DNA of 64,000 nucleotides from an uncultured Acidobacteriota bacterium (GCA_963836075.1 CAWIIB010000001.1:1728001-1792000), one strand, 5' to 3'. Counted from the first letter of the stretch, positions 30,979 to 42,264 are shown. The notes: a model not told the origin generated them from the letters alone. A program made the numbers and translations.

Positions 30979-32289
30979 ATGACCCGGCAATTGGCTCTCG
31001 CGATACTTACGCTCTGCGCCGTGATCTTCACCGGTTGCTCAAAACCCGAGGTACAGATGGACATCGTTGACCAGGTGGCCGAATCGTATGTCAAGCTCTG
31101 TCTCGAGCTCGGCAGTTACGACCCCGACTTTGTCGACGCCTACTACGGCCCGCCGGAGTGGAAGCCCGAACCGCCTGCCGAGGGTCAGGAGCATGCCATC
31201 CCCGTTGGCCAGCTCAGCCGGCAGGCCGACGGGATGATCGCCAGTCTGGACGCCGTCGACATTGACGGGCTCACCGATATGGAGCAGCGCCGCATCAGGT
31301 TTCTGCGGGCGCACATCAGCTCGGCAAAATCGCGCATCGAGCTTGTGGGCGGCAAAGAGATGAGCTTTGACGAGGAATCGAAGGCCCTCTACGGCGCCGT
31401 CGCCCCCCGCTGCGATGTCGATACCCTTGAGACGGTCCTGGCCAGCCTGGACAGCCTGGTTCCCGGCGAAGGGGACCTGGCCCAGCGGGTCAACGCCTAC
31501 CGGGCACGGTTCGAGGTACCCAAGGACCGCATCGACGCGGTATTCGCCGCGGCCATCGCGGAAGCCAGACGCCGCACAATGGCCCATATCCAACTCCCCG
31601 AGGGGGAGAGCTTCGACACGGAATATGTCACCGGCGTCTCCTGGGGCGCCTACAACTGGTACAAGGGCGGCTACCGGAGCCTGATCCAGGTCAACGTCGA
31701 TCTTCCGGTCCATATCGGATCCCCGCTGGAGCTTGCCGTCCATGAGGGATACCCCGGCCACCACGTCCAGAACCTGCTGATGGAGAAGAATATGCTCCGC
31801 GACCGGGGCTGGGTCGAGTATTCGGTGCAGCCGCTCTACTGCCCCCAGGCGACCCTCAACGAGGGAGGGGCAAACTACGGCATCGACATCGCCTTTACCG
31901 AGGAGGAGCAGATAGCGTTTACCCGCGACGCGCTCTTCCCCCTCGCCGGGCTTGATCCGCAGCACGCCGCGGAGTATCTGCGGTTCGAGAAGCTCACCGG
32001 GCAGCTGCGCAGCGCGAGGACCGAAGCCATACGACGCTACCTGGATGGCGACATGACCTCGACCGAGGCCATGGACTGGCTGCAGCGCTACGCCCTGCTG
32101 GCCCGGGACCGGGCCGAACGGTACCTGCAGTTCGCCGACAAGTACCGCAGCTATGTCGCGACCTACGACGTGGGCCTGACGCTGGTCAGGGGCTACATCG
32201 AGCGCGAGGCCGGCGACGACGTGGAGCGTCGCTGGCAGCTGATGCGCGACCTGTACGCTGTCCCCCACCTGCCGGAGGATCTGGAATAA
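30979..32289 (+). CDS. DUF885-like lipoprotein (HEGYPGHH metal-binding motif)
   Basis: Lipobox FTG-C; HEGYPGHH and NEGGANY motifs. Confidence 0.7.
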   Translation: MTRQLALAILTLCAVIFTGCSKPEVQMDIVDQVAESYVKLCLELGSYDPDFVDAYYGPPEWKPEPPAEGQEHAIPVGQLSRQADGMIASLDAVDIDGLTDMEQRRIRFLRAHISSAKSRIELVGGKEMSFDEESKALYGAVAPRCDVDTLETVLASLDSLVPGEGDLAQRVNAYRARFEVPKDRIDAVFAAAIAEARRRTMAHIQLPEGESFDTEYVTGVSWGAYNWYKGGYRSLIQVNVDLPVHIGSPLELAVHEGYPGHHVQNLLMEKNMLRDRGWVEYSVQPLYCPQATLNEGGANYGIDIAFTEEEQIAFTRDALFPLAGLDPQHAAEYLRFEKLTGQLRSARTEAIRRYLDGDMTSTEAMDWLQRYALLARDRAERYLQFADKYRSYVATYDVGLTLVRGYIEREAGDDVERRWQLMRDLYAVPHLPEDLE

Positions 32290-32524
32290 GCCTTGAATCC
32301 CCTCCCCGGTCCGATCGACTGCTGCTGAACATCATTCCCTATCACGCCGATCAGATGATTCCGAACTCATTCCCTGAACCTTTAATCAATCCCTAAATAA
32401 ATCTCTCGAAAATCTCCACCTGGTTCGTTACTACCAGCATCAACCCGGAGACTCTTCCGGGCTGCAGACAACACAAACATAGATTCACAACTGAATTGAT
32501 CGAACATCTTGAGAGGAGATCCCC

Positions 32525-34981
32525 ATGTCCATTCGACTGTCGATCATTTACGCAGCCATCATCATGACACTGATCTGTGCCCTGCCGGCAACAGCCCAGT
32601 GGTCCGATGACCCCACCGTAAACACCCCGGTCTGCACGGCCTCAGGAGAGCAGGGATATCCTCGGTCAGTGAGTGACGGCGCCGGAGGAACCATAGTCGT
32701 CTGGATCGATTATCGCTCCGGGCTACAAGTCTATGCCCAGCGGTTGGACCATATGGGTAAACCGCTCTGGGCTCCCGATGGGATTGCGATCAACACCGAT
32801 GGATCACTGGCAACCATTGCCAGTCCGTTGAGCGATGGAAACGGCGGAATGATCGTCACCTGGTGCAGCAACTACAACCCTTCCCATGGCTATGACCTGA
32901 GAGTCCAGCGGGTGGACGGCTCGGGGTACAAACTCTGGACCGCCAGCGGTGTGGGGATCTGTGGAAGCTGTGGAGGACAAATCGACATTGTGGGTGACGG
33001 CCTGGGCGGCGCCATCCTCGCCTGGTCGGACCAACGCGATGACGGCACCAGCGGGCACGATATCTACACCCAGCGGCTGGATGCTTCGGGCAACACCCTC
33101 TGGACCACCGACGGCCTTAGCATCTGCACCGAAAACGGCGACCAGCTCCGCCCGAAGCTTGTCAACGACGGAACGGGAGGAGCGATCTTCACCTGGATAG
33201 ACGGTCGGTCTGCTGAATACGATATATATGCCCAGCGGGTCGATGCATCGGCCACCGTTCGATGGACCTTGAACGGAGTGGAAATCAGCGGTGATCCGGA
33301 TGTCCAGGTTTCCCCCATGATCGTCAGTGACGACAACAATGGCGCGATCATCAGCTGGGCCGACGGCAGCGCCGGCGGTTTCTATGGCTATTTTTTCGTT
33401 GCCCAACGGGTAAACAGTTCGGGCAGCCTGCTCTGGGGCACAGGAGGCGTTACCTTCAGCGATGTTATCGAGTCCTACTCTTACCCCTTTGACTCCCTGT
33501 TCGAAATGGTGCCTGACGGAGTGGGCGGTGCCTTGATCGCCTGGCACCAGCAAACACCCACATCGGATTTCTACGACGTCTATGCCCAAAGGCTTAACGG
33601 TTCCGGAAGCGAACTGTGGGCCAGTGGCGGACAGGTCATTTGTGCCAAACCAAACTTCCAGATTCATCCCAGGATTGTCTCCGACGGTGCTGGTGGGGCT
33701 ATCGTCTCCTGGCACGATAGCCGCACCTACTCTTATGACATCTACGCCCAGCACATAGACGCGACCGGCAGCATGCTCTGGACGACGGATGGCGAGGCCA
33801 TCTGTTCGGCTCCCCAGGGCCAACAGTACCCTGATATGGTCAGCGACTCATCGGGAGGTGCGATCATCGTCTGGCACGATAGCCGCGCAGGCGTGATCGA
33901 CGAACACGATCTCTACGCACAGCGCATTACCGCCGAAGGATGCCTGGGCCGTCAGGGTCCCTTCATCACCATGGCGGATGATGTTCCCGGCGACCAGGGC
34001 GGCATGGTGGATCTGAGCTGGACCCCCAGTTGCCTGGACGTATCACCCCGGCTCGATGTGACCCACTACTCGGTCTGGAGGCGGATTCCCGATGAGGCGA
34101 CCAGCCCTCGGAGCGATGAAGAGCGGTCCGGCTGGTCCTGGGTGACCGAAGTGACCGCCGGCTACCTTGATGACTATTCCGTTACCGTTCCGGCCTATGG
34201 GATCTACATCGGTACCGGGGACATCCCCTGGACCGACTACATGGTGGTGGCCCACACCGACGACCAGTGGGTCTACTGGGAATCGGCCGTGATCAGCGGA
34301 TACTCGATCGATAACCTGGCACCCGGAGCGCCGCTCGCTCTGACCGGCACAGCATGCGGAACGGATATCCGGCTGACCTGGTCCGCCTCCGGACAACACG
34401 ATGAGGATTTGGCCTGCTACCTGGTCTACCGCAACGACACGCCGGGCTTCGAACCCGACGAATCGATGCTGATCGGAACGGCTGACATCACATCCTACAC
34501 CGATTCACCTCCCGGCGCCGGCACCTGGCATTACCGGGTGACCGGGCGAGACGTCAACGGTAACGAGGGGCCGCCATCGGAGGAGGTCTCGACCGTTACA
34601 TCCCCGTTGTCAAAGGTTTCCGCCACGCTGACCTGTACGCCGACTTCGGGCATTGTTCCGTTCAGCAGCACCATGTCGGCACGCCTGGACAACCTCGACC
34701 AGCAACGTCCAGCCACCAGGATCGCCGGCCGGGTCGACGTTCAGTTGGCCAATGGCAGCAGCTGCAGTGGTTGGCGACAGGGGTGGACAAACGTGATTCG
34801 CGGCAGCCACCACAGCGTGACCTGGCTGATATCGTTCCCCCTCAGCAGTGCTGTGGTCGGGGAAAACGTCTTCATCCTCTCCGCCGCCGATACCACACCG
34901 GCACCATACAACCAGCCGCCGTTTTCCCCATCGGGCGGCACGGCAGCCGACAGCTGCACGGTGATCGCCGATGCGCCATGA
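32525..34981 (+). CDS. Secreted 8-repeat (SDGxGGAII.W.D.R...DIYAQR) propeller + FN3-like domains + PYNQPP C-terminal domain
   Basis: Signal ATA-Q; 8 tandem ~60-aa repeats; FN3-like LTWSAS...YLVYR...YRVTGRDVNGNEGPPS. Confidence 0.85.
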   Translation: MSIRLSIIYAAIIMTLICALPATAQWSDDPTVNTPVCTASGEQGYPRSVSDGAGGTIVVWIDYRSGLQVYAQRLDHMGKPLWAPDGIAINTDGSLATIASPLSDGNGGMIVTWCSNYNPSHGYDLRVQRVDGSGYKLWTASGVGICGSCGGQIDIVGDGLGGAILAWSDQRDDGTSGHDIYTQRLDASGNTLWTTDGLSICTENGDQLRPKLVNDGTGGAIFTWIDGRSAEYDIYAQRVDASATVRWTLNGVEISGDPDVQVSPMIVSDDNNGAIISWADGSAGGFYGYFFVAQRVNSSGSLLWGTGGVTFSDVIESYSYPFDSLFEMVPDGVGGALIAWHQQTPTSDFYDVYAQRLNGSGSELWASGGQVICAKPNFQIHPRIVSDGAGGAIVSWHDSRTYSYDIYAQHIDATGSMLWTTDGEAICSAPQGQQYPDMVSDSSGGAIIVWHDSRAGVIDEHDLYAQRITAEGCLGRQGPFITMADDVPGDQGGMVDLSWTPSCLDVSPRLDVTHYSVWRRIPDEATSPRSDEERSGWSWVTEVTAGYLDDYSVTVPAYGIYIGTGDIPWTDYMVVAHTDDQWVYWESAVISGYSIDNLAPGAPLALTGTACGTDIRLTWSASGQHDEDLACYLVYRNDTPGFEPDESMLIGTADITSYTDSPPGAGTWHYRVTGRDVNGNEGPPSEEVSTVTSPLSKVSATLTCTPTSGIVPFSSTMSARLDNLDQQRPATRIAGRVDVQLANGSSCSGWRQGWTNVIRGSHHSVTWLISFPLSSAVVGENVFILSAADTTPAPYNQPPFSPSGGTAADSCTVIADAP
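34613..34981 (+). repeat. PYNQPP C-terminal domain copy 4
   Basis: KVSATLTCTPTSGIVPF...GWRQGWTN...DTTPAPYNQPPF...CTVIADAP*. Confidence 0.9.
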
Positions 34982-35060
34982 ACAAATCGGGCCATCAGCC
35001 CCACCAGGCATACGGAGGCACCAGGTGAAAACGCAACGGATCAGGAAGAGAGGCCGAGCG

Positions 35061-38000
35061 ATGAAATCACAAAGGTTGATCTTACTCTCCCTCGTGACGA
35101 TGGGCATGCTGTGGGGCCTGCCCGCAACGGCGGACTGGTCGGTGGACACCACCGAGAACAATCCGGTCTGCACGGCGATGGGCTATCAGGATGATCCCGA
35201 GCTGGTGAGTGACGGGGCCGGCGGGGCGATCATTGTCTGGATTGATCAACGCACATATTCGACAACGGAATATGACATTTATGTCCAACGACTGGATGCC
35301 TCGGGCATTCCGCTCTGGACTGCTCAAGGAGCAGCTGTTTGCACATTTGCCGCCAGGCAAGCTGATCCCGCTCTGGTGGAAGACGGCTCCGGCGGGGCAA
35401 TCATCGTCTGGAGAGATTCCCGGTCGGGGTCGTACGACATCTACGCTCAGCGGGTGGACGCCGCGGGGAACATGCTCTGGACCACGGACGGCGTGGCATT
35501 GTGCTCGGCGGCCAACAACCAGCAATACCCGGAACTCACGAGCGACGGCGCCGGCGGGGCGATCGTCGTCTGGCACGATTACAGTTCGGGCGCCGACTAC
35601 GAAGTCTACGCCCAGCGGGTGGATGCCTCGGGCTCCATCCTCTGGGGTGCTGACGGCACCCTTGTCTGTACGGCGGCCAACTCCCAGTGGCGGCCCCGTC
35701 TGGCCAGCGACGGCGCGGGCGGGGCGATCATCGCCTGGTATGACTGGCGTAACGGTGTCGCCGCAAATGACATCTACGCCCAACGGATGGACGCATCGGG
35801 AAATCCACTCTGGACCACAGGCGGCGTGGCGATCTGCACCGCAAGCAGCACCCAGGACTACCCGTGGGTCGTGAGCGACGGTTTTGGCGGGGCGATCATC
35901 ACCTGGGAAGACCACCGCTTCGGTACCGAGGACATCTATGCCCAGCGGGTGGACGCCTCGGGCACTGTACTATGGACCACGAACGGATCTTCACTGTGCT
36001 CCGCGGCAGGTGACCAGAAACTCGCAAAACTGGTGGCTGACGGCAGCGGAGGGGCGATCATCACCTGGGAGGACGAACGCACGGGAGAAAAGGACATATA
36101 TGCCCGGAGGATCAATTCCACCGGCATCCTGCTTTGGGGGACCGACGGGATAGCCGTTTGTGCCGCCACGGGTGATCAATCCGCCCCCCGTCTGGTCAAC
36201 GACGGTTCGGGCGGGGTCATAATTACCTGGCAGGATTCACGGCCCGACAACGCCAGTCACATCTATGCCCAGCGGCTGAACGGATCGGGCAACGCTCGCT
36301 GGGCCATCGATGGCGTGGCGGTCTGCTCGGCGCCATCATACCGCTGGGTCCCGTATCCGATCAGCAATGGTTTGGGCGGCGCGATCATCGCCTGGGCAGA
36401 TGGACGGAACATTCCCCTGACAAAAGATGACATCTATGCCCAGCGAATCGGCCCGCACGGCTATCCGGGCGGAGACCACAGCCCGACGGTCACCGAAGTG
36501 ATCGACTACCCCGACGACCAGGGCGGGACGGTGGTGCTCAGTTGGTCGCCATGCGACCTGGACCAGGCGCCCCAGCAAGTGGTGACCCATTACGCGGTCT
36601 CCCGGCGGCAATCTCCGTCCTCGGCCTGGGAACAGGTGGAGGAGGTCACCGCCCTGTACCTGGGATGAGTACGCCAGCAATCCCCCGACCTATGAGATCT
36701 ACGGCGGCGGTGGAGAGATCCCCTGGACCGAATACAAGGTGGTGGCCCACACCATCGACCCGCTGGTCTTCTGGGAGTCGGCAGTGGTCAGCGGTTACTC
36801 GGTGGACAACCTCTTCCCCGGCGCCCCGCTGAACCTGGCGGCAACGACCTCGGGCACTGACGTCCTGCTCACCTGGTCGGCCTCCGGCCATCACGACGAA
36901 GACCTGGCGTTCTACCGGGTCTACCGCAGCGATGTCCAGGGCTCTGCGCCCAGCCTGGCCAACCAGATCGGGACGTCAGCCTCCACCGGCTACACCGACC
37001 CGGCTCCCGGCAACGGCACCTGGTACTACCTGGTGACCGGCGAGGACATCAACGGGAACGAGGGCCTGCCGTCCAATGAGGCATCCGCCACCACGGGATC
37101 CTCCGGCATGTTCACCAGTCCGGTGGACTACCCCGCAGGCAACGGCTCCCGTTGCGTGGCCATCGGCGACCTTGATGACGACGGGGTCAACGACCTGGCC
37201 GTGGCGAACTATTCCAGCAATGAATTATCCGTGCTTCTTGGCCTTGGAGACGGCACATTTTCCGCAGCAACCGGAGCCTCCGTGGGTTCCTCCCCGGTGA
37301 CGGTGGCGATCAGCGACCTGGACACCGATGGGGTGCTCGACCTGGTATCGGCAAACCTGGGGGATGATTCGGTGGCGGTGCTGCTGGGCAATGGCGACGG
37401 TTCGTTTGCCGCGGCCCAGTTCTTCCCCACAGCGGTTGCACCCTATTCCGTGGCGATCACCGACCTGAACGGCGACACTTTCCCGGATGTCTCGGTGGCG
37501 AACTCCGGCAGCAACAGCGTCTCGGTGCTCCTGGGGACCGGCGACGGGACACTGGCCTCCGCTGTTTCCTACCCCGTGGGCACGGAACCATTGGATATGG
37601 CCGCCGACGATCTTGATGGCGACACGGTTCCCGACCTGGCCGTGACGAACAAAATGAACAACAGCGTGTCGGTCCTGCTGGGCCTCGGCGACGGAACCTT
37701 TGCGGCCGCGGTGGACTACGCCGCCGGGACCAGACCTCATGGTCTGGCGATCGGCGACATGGACGGTGACACAATCCCCGACCTGGTAACGGCGAACAGC
37801 GGCTCGGACACCGTTTCAGGTACTGCCCGGTCTCGGTGACGGGACCTTTGCCGCCGCGGATCACTATGCGGTCGGCGCGTTTCCCACTTCGGTCAGAATC
37901 GTTGATCTGAACGGGGACGCGCTGCCCGACTTGGCCGTGACCAACTTCAATGCCGACACCATTACCATACTGACGGGAACCGGTAATGGCAGCCTGGCTG

Positions 38001-38518
38001 ACGATGCCCACTACGCCGTCGGTGATGAACCCGCCTGGGTGGCGAGCGGCGCTCTGGACGACAATGACTCGCCTGACCTGGCCGTGGCGAACAACGGTGA
38101 CGGGGATATCTCGGTGCTGCTCAACCTGAACATTTTCCCGCCACCATCAACCATCTCCGCGTCATTCACCTGCACCCCCTCCGCGGGCACGGTGCCCTTC
38201 AGCACCGCCATGTCGGCGCAGATGGCCAACCTTGAACCGACCCGACCGGCCACGCGGGTAGCCGCACGGATCGATGTCCAGCTGGCCAACGGCACCAGCT
38301 ACGGCAACTGGCGGCGGGGCTGGACCAATGTGAGTCAGGGCAGCCAGTACAACATAAACTGGGTTCAGCCGATCCCGGCGGTGGGCACGGTAATCGGAGA
38401 CAACATCTTCACGCTGACCGCGGAGGACATCACGCCCTCACCATACAACCAGCCGCCCTATCCCCCGGCCGGGGGTACGGCGACGGACGGTTGTATCGTG
38501 AGTGCCAGTGCGCCGTGA
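35061..38518 (+). CDS. Tandem paralog: 8-repeat propeller + FN3 + VCBS/FG-GAP repeats + PYNQPP C-terminal domain; frameshifts at ~36663 and ~37819
   Basis: ORFs 34971..36668, 36739..37839 and 37931..38518 join after removing one G in CTGGGAT and one in TCAGGTA, restoring alignment with 32525 (LYL-DEY; DTVS-VLPGLGDG). Seven DLxxDxxxDL repeats. Confidence 0.8.
38150..38518 (+). repeat. PYNQPP C-terminal domain copy 5
   Basis: TISASFTCTPSAGTVPF...NWRRGWTN...DITPSPYNQPPY...CIVSASAP*. Confidence 0.9.
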
Positions 38519-38576
38519 GGACTCCGGCGGCATGAAGCTTTTATTCTGACGACCCGAGGGCCCAGGGCGGGGGGCG

Positions 38577-38768
38577 CTACACCGATTGTTCTTTATCCGG
38601 AAGCCTGTAGGAACCGTCCAGGCGCCGGCACATCCGGTGGTAGCGCTCCTCCAGGTCCTGTAGCGCGTCGCGGTGCTCCTGCCGGTCGATCTCCCCGTCA
38701 TGCAGTTTCTTATCCAGCAATGCCTGGTGGTTCTCCAGCCAGCGGTCCGGGTCAAAATTGTAGGTAAT
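38577..38768 (-). CDS. Small hypothetical protein (xTYNFDPDRW...RLDGSY), apparent ATT start
   Basis: GAGGA RBS 8 nt upstream of ATT; helical, charged 63-aa product; upstream ORF extension looks non-coding. Confidence 0.5.
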   Translation of the reverse strand: MTYNFDPDRWLENHQALLDKKLHDGEIDRQEHRDALQDLEERYHRMCRRLDGSYRLPDKEQSV

Positions 38769-39064
38769 CGGCCTGATCCTCGAGTCGTAGCGCCACCTGC
38801 GGGGGATTACAATTGTCACGACGTGGATACGAAATCGGTACTGAGTCTCGCGATGCCTCCCGATATCCCGAAATGATCTCCTCTGGCCATCATCATTATG
38901 ACATCGGGAGAGACACAATAAAAACAACGGTCTTGCCTTAGGCTAACTCCATATCTATCAACAAATTGGACGATGGCATCCTGTTTGCACTTCCTCAAGA
39001 TCGACACGGACAGCATGCAAAATCCAGAACGGTTTCATGGATGTCGTGTGAGGAGGTGCCCGAG

Positions 39065-40303
39065 ATGAAACGTATCGTCTTCCTGTCAATTGCCGTAATG
39101 ATGTTTTCGGGAATGATGGCCATTGCTGAACCGCAATATGAAATGGATATTTTCGCCCGCCTCGGCAGCGGGACATCGGAAATGTCCGTGACCAGGGGCG
39201 ACCCGGTGCAGATCGACGCCACCTTCACCAACCTCGGTGATCCGGTAACCGCCCGTCTGTTCCTGGAGATCTTCGATCCCGATGGGACCCGGGTCAGATC
39301 AAAACGGGTGGTGCGGCCTTTCACGGTGGACCGGCCCGTGCTGGCCATGCCGCAGCTGTCGCTGGGAACCGGCGGCGCCAGGATCGGTGTCTATTCCATC
39401 GTTTTTCATGCCGAGGCGGTGGACCAGCCGGGAGTCCCCATCTCCAATACCAGCACGCTGCTCATCGATGTGCGGGAAGCCGGTTCAGCCTTCATCGGGT
39501 TCATGGGATATGCCAGTATGGAAAACCTGTCTGTGGTGCAGAACCTCGGAGCGGATGCCGTCGCCTGGGGCACGTCGATCCACGCCTCCCAGATCGAGTC
39601 GCTGGTCGAAGACGTCCTGGCCTATGACCTGGGTATGGCGACGCGGGCACCGGGGCGGGTATCCATGCAGGACAGCGTAACTCACCAGCTCGATTTCGTG
39701 GCGATCCAGAACCAGCTCGAAAACACTTTCGCGGGCAACGATGTGGCTGGTGACACAATGTTCCACTACATGATCGACGAGTTCTGCCATCCGGAGAAAT
39801 GGGACATTCCAGCCCAGGACCTCGCCGACCTGCACTCCCTGGCCAAATCGATCGATCCGAGAATCAACATCTTCCACAACTCCGGGCACCTGGGCTGCTT
39901 CAAGGCAAAGATGGATGAGGCCGCTCCGGACTACCCGGTCCTGATGGACTACGTGGGCTTTACCGTGACGCCGCACAAACTCAGCGATCCCGGCTACCTG
40001 CCGCTGATCGATTCCATCGCCGGGGAGATCAAGGCGATCTACGGCGATCAAACCCAGGTCATCGCCCTCTATGCTGTCTGCGACAGTCCGGACCGCTGGA
40101 CCATGCCCACACCTGAAGAGCTGATCGAGGGCGTCAACCAGGTGCTGGCCATGGAGAACATCCAGGGTATCGGCTTCTACCCCTGGGGCGCACCCTCCTG
40201 GGCCACGGCGGCGGTTGGCGATGTCTGTGAAGACCCGGCCTACATCGATGCGTTCAACCTGATGTTCGACCTGGCCCGGGACCGGTTCGGCGCTGGTGAA
40301 TAA
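39065..40303 (+). CDS. Secreted hypothetical protein (Ig-like N-domain + alpha/beta barrel-like C-domain)
   Basis: GAGGAGG RBS; signal peptide AIA-E; HYMIDE and GIGFYPW reminiscent of glycoside-hydrolase barrels. Confidence 0.6.
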   Translation: MKRIVFLSIAVMMFSGMMAIAEPQYEMDIFARLGSGTSEMSVTRGDPVQIDATFTNLGDPVTARLFLEIFDPDGTRVRSKRVVRPFTVDRPVLAMPQLSLGTGGARIGVYSIVFHAEAVDQPGVPISNTSTLLIDVREAGSAFIGFMGYASMENLSVVQNLGADAVAWGTSIHASQIESLVEDVLAYDLGMATRAPGRVSMQDSVTHQLDFVAIQNQLENTFAGNDVAGDTMFHYMIDEFCHPEKWDIPAQDLADLHSLAKSIDPRINIFHNSGHLGCFKAKMDEAAPDYPVLMDYVGFTVTPHKLSDPGYLPLIDSIAGEIKAIYGDQTQVIALYAVCDSPDRWTMPTPEELIEGVNQVLAMENIQGIGFYPWGAPSWATAAVGDVCEDPAYIDAFNLMFDLARDRFGAGE

Positions 40304-40319
40304 CGGGGAGAGACTTCAG

Positions 40320-40353
40320 CAGGGGCCGGGCGGGCATACTCGCCCGGGCCCTG
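40320..40353. terminator. GC hairpin between convergent genes
   Basis: CAGGGGCCGGGCGGG-CATA-CTCGCCCGGGCCCTG imperfect inverted repeat. Confidence 0.45.
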
Positions 40354-40354
40354 T

Positions 40355-41374
40355 TCACGTCCCCACCCGCAAGACGATCTTGCCCCGGCTTTTTCGTGAC
40401 TCCATCAGGCGGTGCGCCTCGGCGATCTCCTCGAAGGGCATGACGTGGCCCACCACCGGCCGGATGTTCTGCTCGATGACAAAGCCGGTGAGTTCCGTCC
40501 AGGCCGCCCGCACCAGTTCCGGGTCCTTGAGCAGGTAGCCGAGGTGCGAGGCCATGATGCCAAAGGACCGTTCCGACATCTGGACGATGCCGGCTTTGGG
40601 CACGTCGCGCCAGGTGCGATACCAGCTGAGGGGGTTCCACTTCTGCAGATCATAGCCGGCAAAGCCCACCACCAGTACCCGGCCGAATGGGGCGAGCAGG
40701 CGGACGCTCTTGCGGAACACCTCGCCACCCACCACCTCCACAACCACATCCACGCCACGGCCGCCGGTCAAACGGCGGATCTCCTCCTCGAAGTCGGTGC
40801 TGCGGTAGTTCACGGCCCCGGTGATGCCCAGTTCCTCGAGCATGGCCACCTTGTCATCGGCGCCGGCTGTGCCGTAGACCGCACAGCCGAAGCGGCCGGC
40901 CAGCTGCACCGCGGCGGTACCCACCCCGCCGGCGGCGGCCTGGACCAGCACCGAGTCGTCGGGGCGGAGACGGGCCATCCTGTGCAGGGCGACCCAGGCG
41001 GTCATGTAGTTCACGGCAAAGGCGGCGTTCTCCTCGGCGGACCAACCCTGCATCGCCGGCAGGGCCTGGGCCTGGTCCACCACCATCATTTCGGCGTAGG
41101 CGCCGTACTGGGCACCGACGATCACCGGCTGACCCACGCTGCGCCCGGCCCCGGGGCCTGCCGCGACAATCTCGCCAAAAGCTTCCATGCCCGGGATGTA
41201 TGGCAGTTTCGGGGCCCAGCCATAGAGCCCCTTGCGGGAAAGCACTTCGGCGAAGTTGAGGCCGATGGTCTTCACCCGCACTACCACCTGACCCGGCCCC
41301 GGTTCCGGGTCGGGCCGGCTGGAGAGCCTCAGCACCTCCGGACCGCCATGCCGTTTGAGCACCACTGCCCGCAT
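40355..41374 (-). CDS. MDR-family NAD(P)H quinone oxidoreductase (VAT-1/Qor-like)
   Basis: GLNFAE, PGME, AAAGGVGTAAVQLA, GRGVDVV, AHRLMESRKSRGKIVL. Confidence 0.9.
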   Translation of the reverse strand: MRAVVLKRHGGPEVLRLSSRPDPEPGPGQVVVRVKTIGLNFAEVLSRKGLYGWAPKLPYIPGMEAFGEIVAAGPGAGRSVGQPVIVGAQYGAYAEMMVVDQAQALPAMQGWSAEENAAFAVNYMTAWVALHRMARLRPDDSVLVQAAAGGVGTAAVQLAGRFGCAVYGTAGADDKVAMLEELGITGAVNYRSTDFEEEIRRLTGGRGVDVVVEVVGGEVFRKSVRLLAPFGRVLVVGFAGYDLQKWNPLSWYRTWRDVPKAGIVQMSERSFGIMASHLGYLLKDPELVRAAWTELTGFVIEQNIRPVVGHVMPFEEIAEAHRLMESRKSRGKIVLRVGT

Positions 41375-41601
41375 CCCTCTGTCTCCTCTCCACATAACAT
41401 TCACAATTCCAATCGGTTAAACGTATCACCGGCAAAAGGACGGCGCAACCTTCCGCTGGTACAGCGCCATGAAAAAACTGATGGATTCGAGGTGGAACTT
41501 ATCCGGAAAGCCAACGTTAATTAGGGTAGGGAACAACAATAAAGGCGGCCGGAACGCCACCGGCACTGAAATCAAAAACATATATACAAGGAGTAATAAA
41601 A

Positions 41602-42264
41602 ATGAAGATAGAAGAAAACGGGCGGCGCAAACGATGGGCCGGCGTGGTGTTCGCCCTGGCTCTGCTGCTGGTGTCAGTTGCGATTCCGGGTTCGGCCCTG
41701 GCAGCCGAACGGGTGGAAGAGATCGTCCTGGAGCGGGGGGCGTCCCCGCTGCAGCTGGAAGTGAAAAACCTCGCCGGCAGCATGCAAGTGCGGGGGTGGG
41801 ACGGCAACACCAGGATCCTGGTCACCTTCCACGCCGAGGACAGCGGCGGCCTCACCGCCGAAGAGATCCTGCAGCTGGTGGGAGCGGAAGCGAAGATGGT
41901 GGGCAACCGCCTGGTGGTCTCCACCACCCTGCCGCTGGAATCGTTCCAGCGCTTCGCCTACCCGGTGCCCATTACGGACAGCGATGCCGGACCGGGGTAC
42001 TTCAACCTGGCCCGGACCAGCGGGTTCAGCGAAGCCCGTTTCGACGGTGAGAAGGTGCAGATCTACGGCGCCCCGCAGTTTGACGCACTCACCGTCTGGG
42101 CCGACTACAAGATCATCGTCCCCGAAGGATCCCAGGTCTCGCTGAAGAACATGGCCGGGGCCCTGCGGGCGGAGAACATGCAGGGCAACATCCTCCTCGA
42201 CGGCTCCCGCGGCCTGGGACAGCCGGACGAGGCCTTTGCCAAGGTGCTGCACGTCACTCCCTGA
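41602..42264 (+). CDS. Secreted hypothetical protein (DUF4097-like)
   Basis: AAGGAG RBS; signal ALA-A; LEVKNLAGSMQVRGWD and IIVPEGSQVSLKNMAG. Confidence 0.6.
   Translation: MKIEENGRRKRWAGVVFALALLLVSVAIPGSALAAERVEEIVLERGASPLQLEVKNLAGSMQVRGWDGNTRILVTFHAEDSGGLTAEEILQLVGAEAKMVGNRLVVSTTLPLESFQRFAYPVPITDSDAGPGYFNLARTSGFSEARFDGEKVQIYGAPQFDALTVWADYKIIVPEGSQVSLKNMAGALRAENMQGNILLDGSRGLGQPDEAFAKVLHVTP

Noticed and set aside
32525-38100. Repetitive DNA that might be a CRISPR array or DGR template/variable repeats
   Set aside because: Repeats are degenerate in-frame protein repeats with synonymous variation; no identical repeats with spacers, no A-specific mismatch pattern evident, and no cas or reverse transcriptase gene.
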